DNA from: an uncultured bacterium
GTDB taxonomy: Bacteria; Babelota; Babeliae; Babelales; Babelaceae
DNA: 64,000 nucleotides
Assembly (NCBI GenBank): GCA_963824495.1
Contig: CAWGPQ010000008.1
Coordinates: 96,001-160,000 of the forward strand
Direction of reading: 5' to 3'
The notes under the pieces are model-generated. The model had not been told where the DNA came from. It saw only the letters and a program-made list of their open reading frames with translations, and did no database searches. Below are positions 1-10,293 of the stretch, piece after piece; position 1 is the stretch's first letter; every line of letters begins with the position of its first letter. Made by a program: the position numbers and the translations under genes.

Positions 1-803
1 AGCTGCTGTAGCTCCGGTCTTTTTGCAACCTCCTCGACCATATCAGAAAATTCGCCTGAAGGCCCAAGTGCAGGCTCACGCAAAAGAAAATCTTCTTCAG
101 AAGCTAAAAATCTTGCAAGAAGATGTATATCAGCGCTCGGCGCACTGTCAAGATATGCTGTTAATTGCGGCATAACGCGAGAGCAGGCTTGGATGCCTGC
201 ATTTGAGTTAGCAAGTTCCTCTCGTACACTTTGATAAAACTTTTCACCCTCTATCGTTAATCTGCTCGATCCAGGTAGTGCAGGCTGAGGTTGGCGCGTA
301 AACTGCTGAGCATATTCTTGAAGGTCATGAATAACATGACGTGCCGACTGCGAAAGTGACTCATAAAGCCCAACGGGAGCCGGTCTTACGGCTTGGTACC
401 ACGAACGATAGTATCCAAGATACTTCATCAAAAGCGCAAGATCTTCAGGTGTTGCTTGACCAAGATAGCGTGCAAGCGTCTGCTGCCACTCAGGCGTTTT
501 ATCAACAAGATTTTTCCAGGGCTTAATACCCCGAGGATATTTTTTAATACAGGCGATGTAATAGTAACGATCATATGCTGTACCCGTTTTTGGATCGATC
601 AAAGATTCTCCAGGAGTGGTATAATAAACACCTTGTGGGTCACCATACTGTGTAAGATTATGTTGATATATCCATTGATCAATTAAGTGTTTTTCCTGAT
701 CGGTAATGCTACACTCTTGAGCAAAAACCCGAACAACCAAAGCAAGTGAAAGAATGAGGATACTCGTGTAAACACCCATAATCCAATAGTAAAGTTTCAT
801 CAT
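1..803 (-). CDS. Hypothetical exported protein, partial (runs off the left edge)
   Basis: Translated by hand: open frame from ATG 803 to the edge, MMKLYYWIMGVYTSILILSLALVVRVFA-QECSITDQEKHLIDQWIYQHNLTQYGDPQG...; signal-peptide-like N-terminus; absent from the ORF track because its stop is outside the window. Confidence 0.8.
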   Translation of the reverse strand, partial: MMKLYYWIMGVYTSILILSLALVVRVFAQECSITDQEKHLIDQWIYQHNLTQYGDPQGVYYTTPGESLIDPKTGTAYDRYYYIACIKKYPRGIKPWKNLVDKTPEWQQTLARYLGQATPEDLALLMKYLGYYRSWYQAVRPAPVGLYESLSQSARHVIHDLQEYAQQFTRQPQPALPGSSRLTIEGEKFYQSVREELANSNAGIQACSRVMPQLTAYLDSAPSADIHLLARFLASEEDFLLREPALGPSGEFSDMVEEVAKRPELQQ

Positions 804-1017
804 TACGCTTCTCTCTTATGTTCTCTTATGTTACAGATACAGTATTACTACATGATCACTACATGCTCTTACCGGCGCAATAAGAATTATTGCATATAAA
901 AATGACAATTTTTTGCCCACTATTTCTTCCTATTGTTAAAAATAAAGCAAAGTATATAAATAATTTTAGTAGTAGGGAAAAATAGATGTCAACAGTTTCA
1001 GACATATACAGCAAAAA

Positions 1018-1533
1018 TTAGTGTGGACACAGTATCTTATCAAAGAGCTGATTCCCCGATTCGTCATAGCCATCAAGACAACCATCTCCACAGCTACATA
1101 CATATCTGGTAGTAGTTATATTTTTAGAAATATTTGGAAGATATTCTTTACAGCTTGCACCATAGATCAGCCGTTTCCCATCTACATCAACACTACCATC
1201 TGGTTGAATAGTAATAGCACGATCAAGACAGAGCAGAGGGAGTGACGCCAACCCCAATCTCGAAACAGAAGTTGGCTTATTCGAGTCTAGCCCTATCGAT
1301 TCTAAGCAATAGAGTTTTTGATATCCTGTTGTCGAAAATATATGATTTTGAACACCAGCATCAACAGTTTCAGTGTGATCTGCATTAGGGCATGCACCAA
1401 AATGAAAGTTAACCTTTACCTGTTTGTTCATAGTATTAGATATGGTATACGTATAAGCTTGAACTTGAGAGATAAAGCTACCAAGATAGGCTATACTCAG
1501 CATCCACCATAATAACCACAAGTTTTTATGCAC
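1018..1533 (-). CDS. Secreted cysteine-rich hypothetical protein, paralogue A
   Basis: Signal peptide ending VQA; highly similar to 1678..2193; GTG 1533 aligns with the paralogue's ATG and upstream context. Confidence 0.8.
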   Translation of the reverse strand: MHKNLWLLWWMLSIAYLGSFISQVQAYTYTISNTMNKQVKVNFHFGACPNADHTETVDAGVQNHIFSTTGYQKLYCLESIGLDSNKPTSVSRLGLASLPLLCLDRAITIQPDGSVDVDGKRLIYGASCKEYLPNISKNITTTRYVCSCGDGCLDGYDESGNQLFDKILCPH

Positions 1534-1677
1534 ACTCTTACTCTCTTTAATAATAATTAAAATTTTATTCACTAATATCAGTATAGATATTTACTTATAG
1601 GAATTTCAAGAGTACTATAAGCACTACGGCGAACAGCCTACACTGAGCAGCAACATCACGGTGAGTCCACGGTGGAG

Positions 1678-2193
1678 TCACCGTGGGCACTGTATCTTAT
1701 CAAACAGCAGATTTCCTGATTCATCATAGACATCAAGACAGCCATCCCCACAACTACATGCGTATCTGGCAGGCACAGGCTTAGAACTATTTGAACGATA
1801 TTCTTTACAACTTGAGCCATAGATGAGCCGTGCCCCATCTACATCAACACTACCATCTGGTTGAATGGTAATAGTCCGGTCAGAGCAAAGTACAGTACCA
1901 AATAATGTCGATGCCCATAATTTCGCAACAGAAGTTGGCTTATTCGAGTCTAACCCTATTGATGCTAAGCAACAGGGCTTTTGATACCACTTAGGCGAAA
2001 ATATATGATTTTGAACACCGGCATCAATTGTTTCAGTTTGATCTGGATTAATGCAGGCAGCAAAATGAAAGTTAACTTTTACTTGTTTGTTCATAGTATT
2101 AGATATGGTATACGTATAAGCTTGAGCTTGAGAGATAAAGCTACCAAGATAGGCTATACTTAGTATCCGCCATAACCATAAGTTTTTATTCAT
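1678..2193 (-). CDS. Secreted cysteine-rich hypothetical protein, paralogue B
   Basis: Signal peptide ending AQA; tandem duplicate of A with the shared CSCGDGC motif. Confidence 0.85.
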   Translation of the reverse strand: MNKNLWLWRILSIAYLGSFISQAQAYTYTISNTMNKQVKVNFHFAACINPDQTETIDAGVQNHIFSPKWYQKPCCLASIGLDSNKPTSVAKLWASTLFGTVLCSDRTITIQPDGSVDVDGARLIYGSSCKEYRSNSSKPVPARYACSCGDGCLDVYDESGNLLFDKIQCPR

Positions 2194-2301
2194 ACGCTTA
2201 CTCTCTTTAAATAATTAAAAATTTCTTTATTTATTAATAATAGTATAAAATATTGCTTACAGAAATTTCAAGGATATTTTGAGCACTACCAAAAATGTGC
2301 T

Positions 2302-3951
2302 CTACATGCGGCTGGGGGCATGGACACCAATAAGCCTCAAGCACAGGGCAAATGTTTTTTGAAGCTCTTGTATTAAAAGAAGGCGGCCTCTGCTTTGGGT
2401 AACACGTGCTTGATCAATAACCCGATGTACTCCATAGTAACGGTGAAATGCTTGAGCAAGCTCAAGGACATAATAGGTAAGTAAATGCGTCTGATAATTA
2501 TGACTAATATTTTTCAGCAACGCTTTGAGTGAAATAATTTTTTTCAGCAAAAGCGCTTCGTCTAAACCAATGCCAGAACTATCATTAATGGTCAGGTTTC
2601 TTAGTTCAATACTATCAGCCGCTTTCTCTAAAATACTTTTGGTTCTCACATAGGCATACTGGATATAATATACTGGATTTTCTTCAGTATGCTTAAGGGC
2701 AAGATCAATATCAAAGTCTAAATGGGCATCTGCTTTTTTGTTGAGATAAAAAAATCGAGCAATATCACTTCCAACCGTCTCAACAACATCTTTAAGCGTT
2801 ACAATACGACCGGCACGTTTTGACATACGTACGGTTGTCCCCATTTCTTTAATGGTAACAAGTTGATAAAGAATAATATCGAGATGATCTGGATTATACC
2901 CCAAAGCCTGCATAACGGCTTTTAGACGCACAACGTAACTATGATGATCTTGGCCCAAGACCATAACTAATCGATTGGCCCCACGTTCCAGCTTATTTTG
3001 TAGATAGGCTATATCTGCAGCAATATACGTCAGCTCTCCCGAACTTTTACGCAACACACGATCTTTATCATCCCCAAAGTCCGTTGAACGAAACCATAAA
3101 GCACCTTCACGCTCATAGGCATAACCCTTGTCTATCAGTATCTCTAGAGCTTGGGTAATGGCACCACGTTCGTGCAATGATTTTTCTGAGAACCATACGT
3201 CGAATATAATACCGTACTCAACAAGCGTTTCTTTGATCTCATTAAGCAGGTATTCTTTGGCATAGTGCTCAAAAAAGCTCTCTGGTTTTTCGAGCACTTG
3301 AGCTCCGTACTGATGAACAAGCCGCTGCGCAAGCTCTTGTAAATATTCTCCCTGGTATCCATCTTCAGGCATCACAACATCATAACCAACTTGCTGTTGA
3401 CAACGAACTTTAAGTGAATTACCCAGCCGTTGAATCTGTAGGCCTGCGTCATTAGTATAAAATTCTTTTGTAACAGTATGCCCCAGAAAACGTAAAATAT
3501 TGCCCAATACATCACCTATAATGCCTCCGCGACCATGCCCTATATGTAATGGTCCAGTAGGATTAGCACTGACAAATTCAAGTGAATAGTTTAAAACCTG
3601 CTCAGTACTTTCTAAAGCAAAAAACTGTTCACCTTCATGCATAAGCTCACGCAAAAGCTCTTGAAAGGCTGCTGGGGTCAAAAATAGGTTAATAAACCCT
3701 GGGCCTGCTTGTTCACTACGCATAACATATTCTTGCTTGAAGTCAGCAATAACCTGTTCAGCAATATCCCGTGGATTGCGCTGCAGCATTTTACTGATCA
3801 ACAAAGCATAGTTTGTTGTGAGGTCACCAAATTGCTGCTTATGAGGGTCGGTAGTAAGAACCAGATCGGGTACTATATCAAAAGCGTATGCCGGAAATAA
3901 CTTTTTTGTATGAGCAACAAGAGCAGCTTGAATATGTTCAATTACGTTCAT
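2302..3951 (-). CDS. argS: Arginine--tRNA ligase
   Basis: EFVSANPTGPLHIGHGR (HIGH) and RMSKRAG (KMSKS-like), YIQYAYVR; 549 aa. Confidence 0.97.
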   Translation of the reverse strand: MNVIEHIQAALVAHTKKLFPAYAFDIVPDLVLTTDPHKQQFGDLTTNYALLISKMLQRNPRDIAEQVIADFKQEYVMRSEQAGPGFINLFLTPAAFQELLRELMHEGEQFFALESTEQVLNYSLEFVSANPTGPLHIGHGRGGIIGDVLGNILRFLGHTVTKEFYTNDAGLQIQRLGNSLKVRCQQQVGYDVVMPEDGYQGEYLQELAQRLVHQYGAQVLEKPESFFEHYAKEYLLNEIKETLVEYGIIFDVWFSEKSLHERGAITQALEILIDKGYAYEREGALWFRSTDFGDDKDRVLRKSSGELTYIAADIAYLQNKLERGANRLVMVLGQDHHSYVVRLKAVMQALGYNPDHLDIILYQLVTIKEMGTTVRMSKRAGRIVTLKDVVETVGSDIARFFYLNKKADAHLDFDIDLALKHTEENPVYYIQYAYVRTKSILEKAADSIELRNLTINDSSGIGLDEALLLKKIISLKALLKNISHNYQTHLLTYYVLELAQAFHRYYGVHRVIDQARVTQSRGRLLLIQELQKTFALCLRLIGVHAPSRM

Positions 3952-4243
3952 GTAAAATTCCTCAACCTACGCGCAATGGGCAAAAGCTATGCTATTAGAA
4001 TAGCAAGAGTAAGCACGTTTGGAAAGACAGGGAAATCGCATGACTATACCGTAGCCATAAGAGTTTTTACCAAAAAAATTAAAATCACATGCCCGGTGAG
4101 GCCTTTGCAAAGAGTGCTTCCAGAGACTTGTTACCCTAACGCGAATTCAACACAAGAGAAGATAGGCTTTCTTGCTTAATTGCTTATAGCTTTAGACAAA
4201 AGGCCTACAATAGTTTCACATGACGCTTTGCTCATCCTTAAAC

Positions 4244-5653
4244 TTAAGAACGTGATACTGCTGGAGATACATGACCAGGGGCCTGCGCAAACTGGGCAAT
4301 TATATCAGCTATCTCAGACGGAAGAGGTTGCTCCTGACCTACTGGTTGCCATGCAAGCTGTCCCGTACGACCTAATCGTGACACTCTACCAAATACAGCA
4401 CGACCAGCTTCTCTTCCTAATAAGTCAACAATAGCAGAACGATGATATTGGCGAGCGAGACCCAGAGGAGTCTGACCGTCTCGGTTAACAAGAGTAGCGT
4501 TAGCACCACGCGCAAGTAAGAGTCTAACGGTACTCAAGTTACCATTACGAGCTGCTAAGTGTAACGGCGTATTACCCTCTACATTTCGTAGGTTAATATT
4601 TGCACCAAAATCAAGTAATAGTTTTATTATGTCGTCATGTCCTTGAGCAGCAGCCCAATGTAACGCTGTCATACCATGACTATCTGGATGGTTAATGTTA
4701 ATTTGAGGGGGTATCATTGGGGCCAGTATGGCATAAGAAGCAAGCAGTTTACGCAATTGAGCAATCAACGATTTGGTCTGAGGTGATTGTGGTTGAGCCT
4801 GGGGTAAAGTAGAAAGTAATACTACCACGCGCTTGGTATCGCCCCGGGCGGCCGCATAAGCAAGCTCATTACCTTCAAATACAGCACTTAAAGCTTGCCC
4901 TGCGTATTCTGGATTGTGGAATCTTAAGATTCCCCTTTGAGCATATCTTTGAAGATCCCCTTCAGTTGGTATTGTTGCCCCATGCTCTATAAGCAATCGA
5001 GCAGTTGCCAGCAATTGAGCGTAAAATGAATCCGGTAGTCGCGTCATGTTTATAAGACTGAGTATAAGAGCATCATTGCCCCCATCATTGGTGTGATTAA
5101 TATCAGCTCCACGCTCTATGAGCATTTTAACTATGTCTATATATCCCCTTGTCGCTGCCCATATAAGAGCAGTGTTGCCTTCATGATCAGCATGATTAAT
5201 ATCAGCACCAGCTTTTAAAAGCAATCTAACTGTCTGTGTATAGCCCAACATTGCTGCCTCCATAAGGGCACTGTGACCAAAGTTATCAGCCTCATTAGGG
5301 TCAGCACCAGCTTCTATAAGTATTTTAACTATATTTATGCGTCCCTTATCCATTGCAAATAGAAGGGGATAACCACGATTAGCATCAGCTTTATGCTCTA
5401 AAAGCACTCTAACTATACCTTCATGTCCATCTCTAGCTGCCAATGAAAGAGCTGTCATGTCCTCATTAGTGGCATGATTAACGTCAGCACCCTTGCTAAG
5501 TGCAGCTTCGACTCCTTCAAGATTTCCACTTTTAACTGCATTTATCAATTCTTGGTTGGCATCAAGATTTTGCTGAACTTCCATACATTCCAAGAGCAGG
5601 GCATTACATAGCCACAGGCTAATCGTGAGTAATTTTATAGTAATTTTAATCAT
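4244..5653 (-). CDS. Secreted ankyrin-repeat protein with C-terminal F-box/PRANC-like motif
   Basis: Signal peptide, many TAL/TPLH ankyrin repeats, C-terminal LPSEIADIIAQFA. Confidence 0.9.
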   Translation of the reverse strand: MIKITIKLLTISLWLCNALLLECMEVQQNLDANQELINAVKSGNLEGVEAALSKGADVNHATNEDMTALSLAARDGHEGIVRVLLEHKADANRGYPLLFAMDKGRINIVKILIEAGADPNEADNFGHSALMEAAMLGYTQTVRLLLKAGADINHADHEGNTALIWAATRGYIDIVKMLIERGADINHTNDGGNDALILSLINMTRLPDSFYAQLLATARLLIEHGATIPTEGDLQRYAQRGILRFHNPEYAGQALSAVFEGNELAYAAARGDTKRVVVLLSTLPQAQPQSPQTKSLIAQLRKLLASYAILAPMIPPQININHPDSHGMTALHWAAAQGHDDIIKLLLDFGANINLRNVEGNTPLHLAARNGNLSTVRLLLARGANATLVNRDGQTPLGLARQYHRSAIVDLLGREAGRAVFGRVSRLGRTGQLAWQPVGQEQPLPSEIADIIAQFAQAPGHVSPAVSRS

Positions 5654-5908
5654 AGCATAATCCTTTGTATAACCATTTATAATATATTTCTATTTTTTAT
5701 TATGCGAAACAACAAGCGATAAAGTCAACAAAATTGAAAGCACCTTAAAGCTGCTCTTTTGTAAGCTATTTTAGATTAAGGTAAATGCATTGCCTATAAT
5801 ACCCACCCAAATAGAGATGAAGGGAACCTTTGATTTATTTTAAAGTGCTCGATATACTTAATGGCCGTTAAGCACTCTATTTCTCACCTTTTATCTTTAA
5901 GGGAAAAC

Positions 5909-7021
5909 ATGAACGTATGCCGAAAGATAACTACTCTTGTCGCAACGTGCTCTCTTGTCAACAGTGGCCTGATGATCGCACAGACTGAACAACCCGAGCA
6001 CGAACTACCAATCGCCGCTGTTATACAAGAAGCCCCTACAATTAACGAACCAGCCCTCTCATCAACAATAACTCCCGAGGCACAACAGGTAACGCCTTTG
6101 GTGGGAGCTATTCACGAACGTGACCCATTAAACCCAGATGCCCTGCTTGACCACGGTATCGCCCATTTTGTACCCGAAGTAGCAATAGAGCAACATAACG
6201 CAGTGGTTATTGACGAGCCAGCTCTTGAACCAACAACAATACCTACGGTAACAAGTGAAGCACAGCCTGAGAGCGCTCCAGTAGAAAGCGAAAGCCCTGA
6301 AGCCATCACCATCGAACACGAAGTAGTATTTTCGCAAGAGACAGTAAACCAAGAAGTCGCTCCAAGCATTATCACGCATGAAACAGTCGTGATTGATGAA
6401 CCAGTTCTTGAACCAATAGTACCTGCCGTAACCACGGTGACTACTGAAGCACAGCCCGAAGCTCCTGCTCAAGAACAACCGCTTACTAATGAGCTTATTG
6501 AAGCGGTAAAAAGCTTTGACCACGAGCGCTTAATTGACCTACTAGAACAAGACATAGATACCAATACACCTGGTGTACGTGGCATAAGTGCCCTTACCTG
6601 TGCAGCAGCTCTGGGAAATAATCAAGGAGCAGAAATTCTTATAGGGCATGGTGCGAATGTTGACCTTGTTGATGAATATGGTAATACACCGTTGCATTGG
6701 GCAGCTGCCAATGGTCAATTACCACTTGTTGGCCTCTTGGTTAGTAACGGTGCTGATGTTACTCATACCAATAGGTATGGCAATACTGCTTTTGATTGTG
6801 CTCGTAATAATAATCATGCCGATATCGCTGATTTCTTCGCTGCCAATTATCCAGCAGCATTTTCGACTACCCTCAAAGCTACAGATCAAGTAAAAGCTAT
6901 GACCAGCGAACTTGACGAAGTCGATTTTGACAATGAATATGAAGAATATCGGGATATTTCTGATATAGATTTTGATGCAGACGAAGATTTTGTAAGCGAT
7001 ATGAACGATACTGATTATTAA
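5909..7021 (+). CDS. Exported protein with acidic Pro/Glu/Thr-rich linker and C-terminal ankyrin repeats
   Basis: ATG 5909 after AAGGGA; duplicated VVIDEP.LEP...TVT.EAQPE segment; GNTPLHWAAANG repeats; acidic tail. Confidence 0.85.
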   Translation: MNVCRKITTLVATCSLVNSGLMIAQTEQPEHELPIAAVIQEAPTINEPALSSTITPEAQQVTPLVGAIHERDPLNPDALLDHGIAHFVPEVAIEQHNAVVIDEPALEPTTIPTVTSEAQPESAPVESESPEAITIEHEVVFSQETVNQEVAPSIITHETVVIDEPVLEPIVPAVTTVTTEAQPEAPAQEQPLTNELIEAVKSFDHERLIDLLEQDIDTNTPGVRGISALTCAAALGNNQGAEILIGHGANVDLVDEYGNTPLHWAAANGQLPLVGLLVSNGADVTHTNRYGNTAFDCARNNNHADIADFFAANYPAAFSTTLKATDQVKAMTSELDEVDFDNEYEEYRDISDIDFDADEDFVSDMNDTDY

Positions 7022-7050
7022 GTTTACATAAAAGCTTTGAAAAGCTTACA

Positions 7051-7077
7051 AGGGCAGGTAACACTGCCCTATTTTTT
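7051..7077 (+). terminator. Intrinsic terminator after ankyrin gene
   Basis: AGGGCAG/CTGCCCT stem followed by ATTTTTT. Confidence 0.7.
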
Positions 7078-7085
7078 GATACTAT

Positions 7086-7181
7086 AAGCTGACAAAAAGC
7101 CCCGTCGTGGAGCATATCGGTTGTTATGATAGAAAAGGAGTACTTAAGCTATCAAAGGGTTGTCCACGACAGGGTCAGCTC
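7086..7181 (-). ncRNA. Candidate ~100-nt rod-shaped small RNA
   Basis: Nested stems GAGCUGAC/GUCAGCUU, CCCUGUCGUGGA/UCCACGACGGGG, UGAUAG/CUAUCA; the mismatches read as G-U only on the minus strand. Confidence 0.5.
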
Positions 7182-7438
7182 AGTTCATATGGTAGCGTAG
7201 CACACATGTAACGCAAATTGCAATTTCTATAATTTAACAAAACTTAAGTATACCTACTATCTAGTAATTTTCAAGGGTTTGCCAACGTGCTATTAGTCAA
7301 AAAAAGCCTATAGTTGTAGCTAGTAAGGCTTTTGGGTTCGCTATAGTATTCTCTGGCATATATTTTTGAATATACTATTGTATAAAAATATGCTATACTT
7401 TTGTGTTGTTTAATTAAAATAGGTTGGTTAAAAGAATT

Positions 7439-8497
7439 ATGAATATAGCAGTACTAGTTTCAGGTGGTGTCGATAGCTCTGTTGCTTTAAGACTATTACA
7501 AGAGCAAGGACACACTGTTACTGCTTTTTACTTGAAGATTTGGTTAGAAGATGAGCTCTCCTTCCTGGGTACATGCCCATGGGAGGAAGATCTTGCTTAC
7601 GTTCGTGCTGTTTGTTCACAAGCAGGGGTTCCTCTTGAAATCATCTCGTTACAAAAAGAATACTGGGATGAAGTAGTTTCGTATACACTCCATGAGATAC
7701 GGCTAGGGCGTACACCCAACCCTGATATACTGTGCAATCAAAGCATTAAATTCGGAGCTTTTTATACAAAGATTGATTCAAGTTTTGATAAAGTAGCTAC
7801 CGGTCATTATGCACAAGTGCATGAACAGGATGGCATCTTTTTGCTCAAAAAATCACCTGATCTTATTAAAGACCAGACTTACTTTCTTGCGCATCTTAAG
7901 CAGGATCAGCTCGCCCGCGCTCTTTTTCCCATTGGGCATTTACGTAAAGAAGAAGTTCGTGAGTACGCGCACCGTTATGATTTGCCAACCAAATTACGTA
8001 AAGATAGTCAAGGTATCTGCTTTTTAGGAAAGCTCAAGTTCAATGATTTTATACGCTATCATGTCGGGGACCGCCCCGGCAAGCTTATCGAGTATGAAAC
8101 AGGGAAACTTCTTGGTGAGCATCAGGGGTTTTGGTACTACACTATAGGTCAACGTCAAGGATTACGTCTTGCCGGTGGTCCATGGTATGTTGTTGCCAAA
8201 AATCCTCAAGACAATATCATATATATTTCTCGATCATACTACGCTGATGATAAAGTACGTGATACATTTACGGGCGAGGACTGCAGTTGGATCTCGGGCC
8301 AACTTCCAAAGAATCGACAGGTGGAGGTTAAACTACGGCATGGGCCCTCAAGTGCTCAATGCACCCTTGAGCTTTTAAATGCCAATCGCTGTATCGTTAA
8401 GCTTGGTGATCGTGACCAAGGCATAGCACCAGGACAATGTGCTGTATTTTATGATGGCGATACCTGCTTAGGCTGTAGCACAATTGCTGCTGGTTAA
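7439..8497 (+). CDS. mnmA: tRNA-specific 2-thiouridylase
   Basis: SGGVDS PP-loop, TPNPDILCN, ATGHYA, KDQTYFL, DSQGICF. Confidence 0.97.
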   Translation: MNIAVLVSGGVDSSVALRLLQEQGHTVTAFYLKIWLEDELSFLGTCPWEEDLAYVRAVCSQAGVPLEIISLQKEYWDEVVSYTLHEIRLGRTPNPDILCNQSIKFGAFYTKIDSSFDKVATGHYAQVHEQDGIFLLKKSPDLIKDQTYFLAHLKQDQLARALFPIGHLRKEEVREYAHRYDLPTKLRKDSQGICFLGKLKFNDFIRYHVGDRPGKLIEYETGKLLGEHQGFWYYTIGQRQGLRLAGGPWYVVAKNPQDNIIYISRSYYADDKVRDTFTGEDCSWISGQLPKNRQVEVKLRHGPSSAQCTLELLNANRCIVKLGDRDQGIAPGQCAVFYDGDTCLGCSTIAAG

Positions 8498-8558
8498 AAG
8501 AACATAAGTCAAGTATACTAATAATAAGGGGCATGAACGCCTAAGGTGGTTTTTTCCA

Positions 8559-9134
8559 ATGCATAAAAGCTCAAAGAAACTTACAATATCAACAGGATTT
8601 ACGATTCTTCGCATTATGCTCATACCAAGCATTATCGGTACCATGATACATCATCAATGGGGTTTTGCTTGTATATTATTTAGTATAGCATCACTTACTG
8701 ACTTACTCGACGGAGCGTTTGCCCGCCTTCTTGATGAGCATACACTTTTAGGAGCATACTTAGATCCTATCGCTGACAAACTTCTCTTGCTGTCCTGTTA
8801 TAGCGCTCTGGCATTCGTTAATTCATCCTTATTTACGATACCCGTATGGTTTGTTTATGTAATATTAATTAAAGAGCTGTTTCTTGTTTTTGGTACTGCC
8901 TACGTTTGCCTGGTCCAGCGCTGCATAACGGTAAAACCTACACTATTAGGCAAACTTACCGCCGTAGTACAGATGTGCTTTATTATGAGCATTATCTTTT
9001 GTTCCTGGCTTTACTGGCTGCCAAACCTGCTCTTACATACCTTTTTGTGGCTTGTTTTAGCACTATCACTAGCGTCATGTATACAATATAGCATTATTGG
9101 ATTTAGAGGATTACGACTATGCTTTTCAAAATAA
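8559..9134 (+). CDS. CDP-alcohol phosphatidyltransferase (PgsA family)
   Basis: TDLLDGAFAR...GAYLDPIADK motif; several TM helices. Confidence 0.92.
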   Translation: MHKSSKKLTISTGFTILRIMLIPSIIGTMIHHQWGFACILFSIASLTDLLDGAFARLLDEHTLLGAYLDPIADKLLLLSCYSALAFVNSSLFTIPVWFVYVILIKELFLVFGTAYVCLVQRCITVKPTLLGKLTAVVQMCFIMSIIFCSWLYWLPNLLLHTFLWLVLALSLASCIQYSIIGFRGLRLCFSK

Positions 9135-9538
9135 TAGCTTGTGTTTTGATGGTTACTATGAGCATTACTGCTCGTGAAACTCCACAAAGTGAGCAGCCAG
9201 GCGAAGAAGTATTTATCCACCTACCCACAAAACGTAAGTATGCCCCAACAAGCAAAATGCGACAAGAGATACTTGAAAAACTCGAAGCACTTGCTTATGA
9301 CTTATCTCACGAAATCGAAAGCCTTGGACAAACCATACCTCAAATACTTTCAAGCGTGCGTTCTATCGTAGATAACAACAAAAAGAGCCTGCTTGTCTCA
9401 GGTTCTTGGCAAGAGCTTGAACGAGTGCATGCACATCTACAAAAGCAGGTAACCTACACTCAGCAACGCCGTAGAGAACTACAAGAACTTCAACAAGTTC
9501 TTACACTCAATACTTTATCAAAAAATACAAAACCTTAA
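9119..9538 (+). CDS. Hypothetical exported helical protein
   Basis: Signal-like N-terminus; overlaps the upstream stop, operon-like. Confidence 0.7.
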   Translation: MLFKIIACVLMVTMSITARETPQSEQPGEEVFIHLPTKRKYAPTSKMRQEILEKLEALAYDLSHEIESLGQTIPQILSSVRSIVDNNKKSLLVSGSWQELERVHAHLQKQVTYTQQRRRELQELQQVLTLNTLSKNTKP

Positions 9539-9565
9539 CACTATTATTTACGAAAGGAAACCATA

Positions 9566-10126
9566 GTGGCAGGCTATAATCGTATTATTATGATCGGTAA
9601 TCTTACTAAAGATCCTGAATTTAAGCAGATATCTTCAGGCATGGGTATATCGAGACCCTACTGCCGATTAAGTCTTGCGTCAAACAGGCAGTTCAAAAAT
9701 AAACAGTCAGGTACGGTTACACAGGAAGTGTGCTATATCGATATTGATGTTTGGGGGGCTCAAGCAGAAAATTGCCATCAATATTTACAAAAAGGCAGAC
9801 CTGTTTTAGTTGAAGGACGCCTCAAACTTGATTCATGGAAAGAAGCTGACGGGCAGTCACGCAGTAAGCATTCTATCGTCGCCGATCATGTAGTCTTTTT
9901 GACGACAGGTCAACGTACCGATGCTCCTGCATTTGATAGCCTTACAGCTAGCCTTACACCTGATGAGGCAGCCGTAGCTTCGCCTAAACGTCCTGTTGCT
10001 CATGATAAAACATCCCCTCAGCGCAGCAAAGGAGCAACTCTTCTTACCCCCGATGAGTATGGCAGTGAAGGAGATACGGTCAGTTTTAAGGACGAGCCAC
10101 CCTTTGAAGACGATCTTCCTTTTTAA
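9566..10126 (+). CDS. ssb: Single-stranded DNA-binding protein
   Basis: NRIIMIGNLTKDPE, VLVEGRL, C-terminal DDLPF; RBS AAAGGA. Confidence 0.97.
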   Translation: MAGYNRIIMIGNLTKDPEFKQISSGMGISRPYCRLSLASNRQFKNKQSGTVTQEVCYIDIDVWGAQAENCHQYLQKGRPVLVEGRLKLDSWKEADGQSRSKHSIVADHVVFLTTGQRTDAPAFDSLTASLTPDEAAVASPKRPVAHDKTSPQRSKGATLLTPDEYGSEGDTVSFKDEPPFEDDLPF

Positions 10127-10164
10127 TCATCTTTAATCACCACAGCTCACTATAATCATGCTAC

Positions 10165-10191
10165 AAGGGGGCTTTATAAGCTCCCTTTTTT
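10165..10191 (+). terminator. Intrinsic terminator after ssb
   Basis: AAGGGGGCTT/AAGCTCCCTT stem followed by a T run. Confidence 0.75.
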
Positions 10192-10293
10192 ACTGTCGTT
10201 ACAAAATAATTGACAATTATCAAATTATTTTGAAATACTAGTATCAGAGACATCCATTATTTACGCAAAGGGAAACTATCGGAGAAGCTACCT

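Noticed and set aside
341..686. Plus-strand ORFs 341..526 and 393..686
   Set aside because: Shadows of the longer minus-strand gene 1..803.
4099..4206. Possible structured argS leader (AGGCCTTT/AAAGGCCT)
   Set aside because: Only short scattered stems, no T-box motif; not distinguishable from chance.
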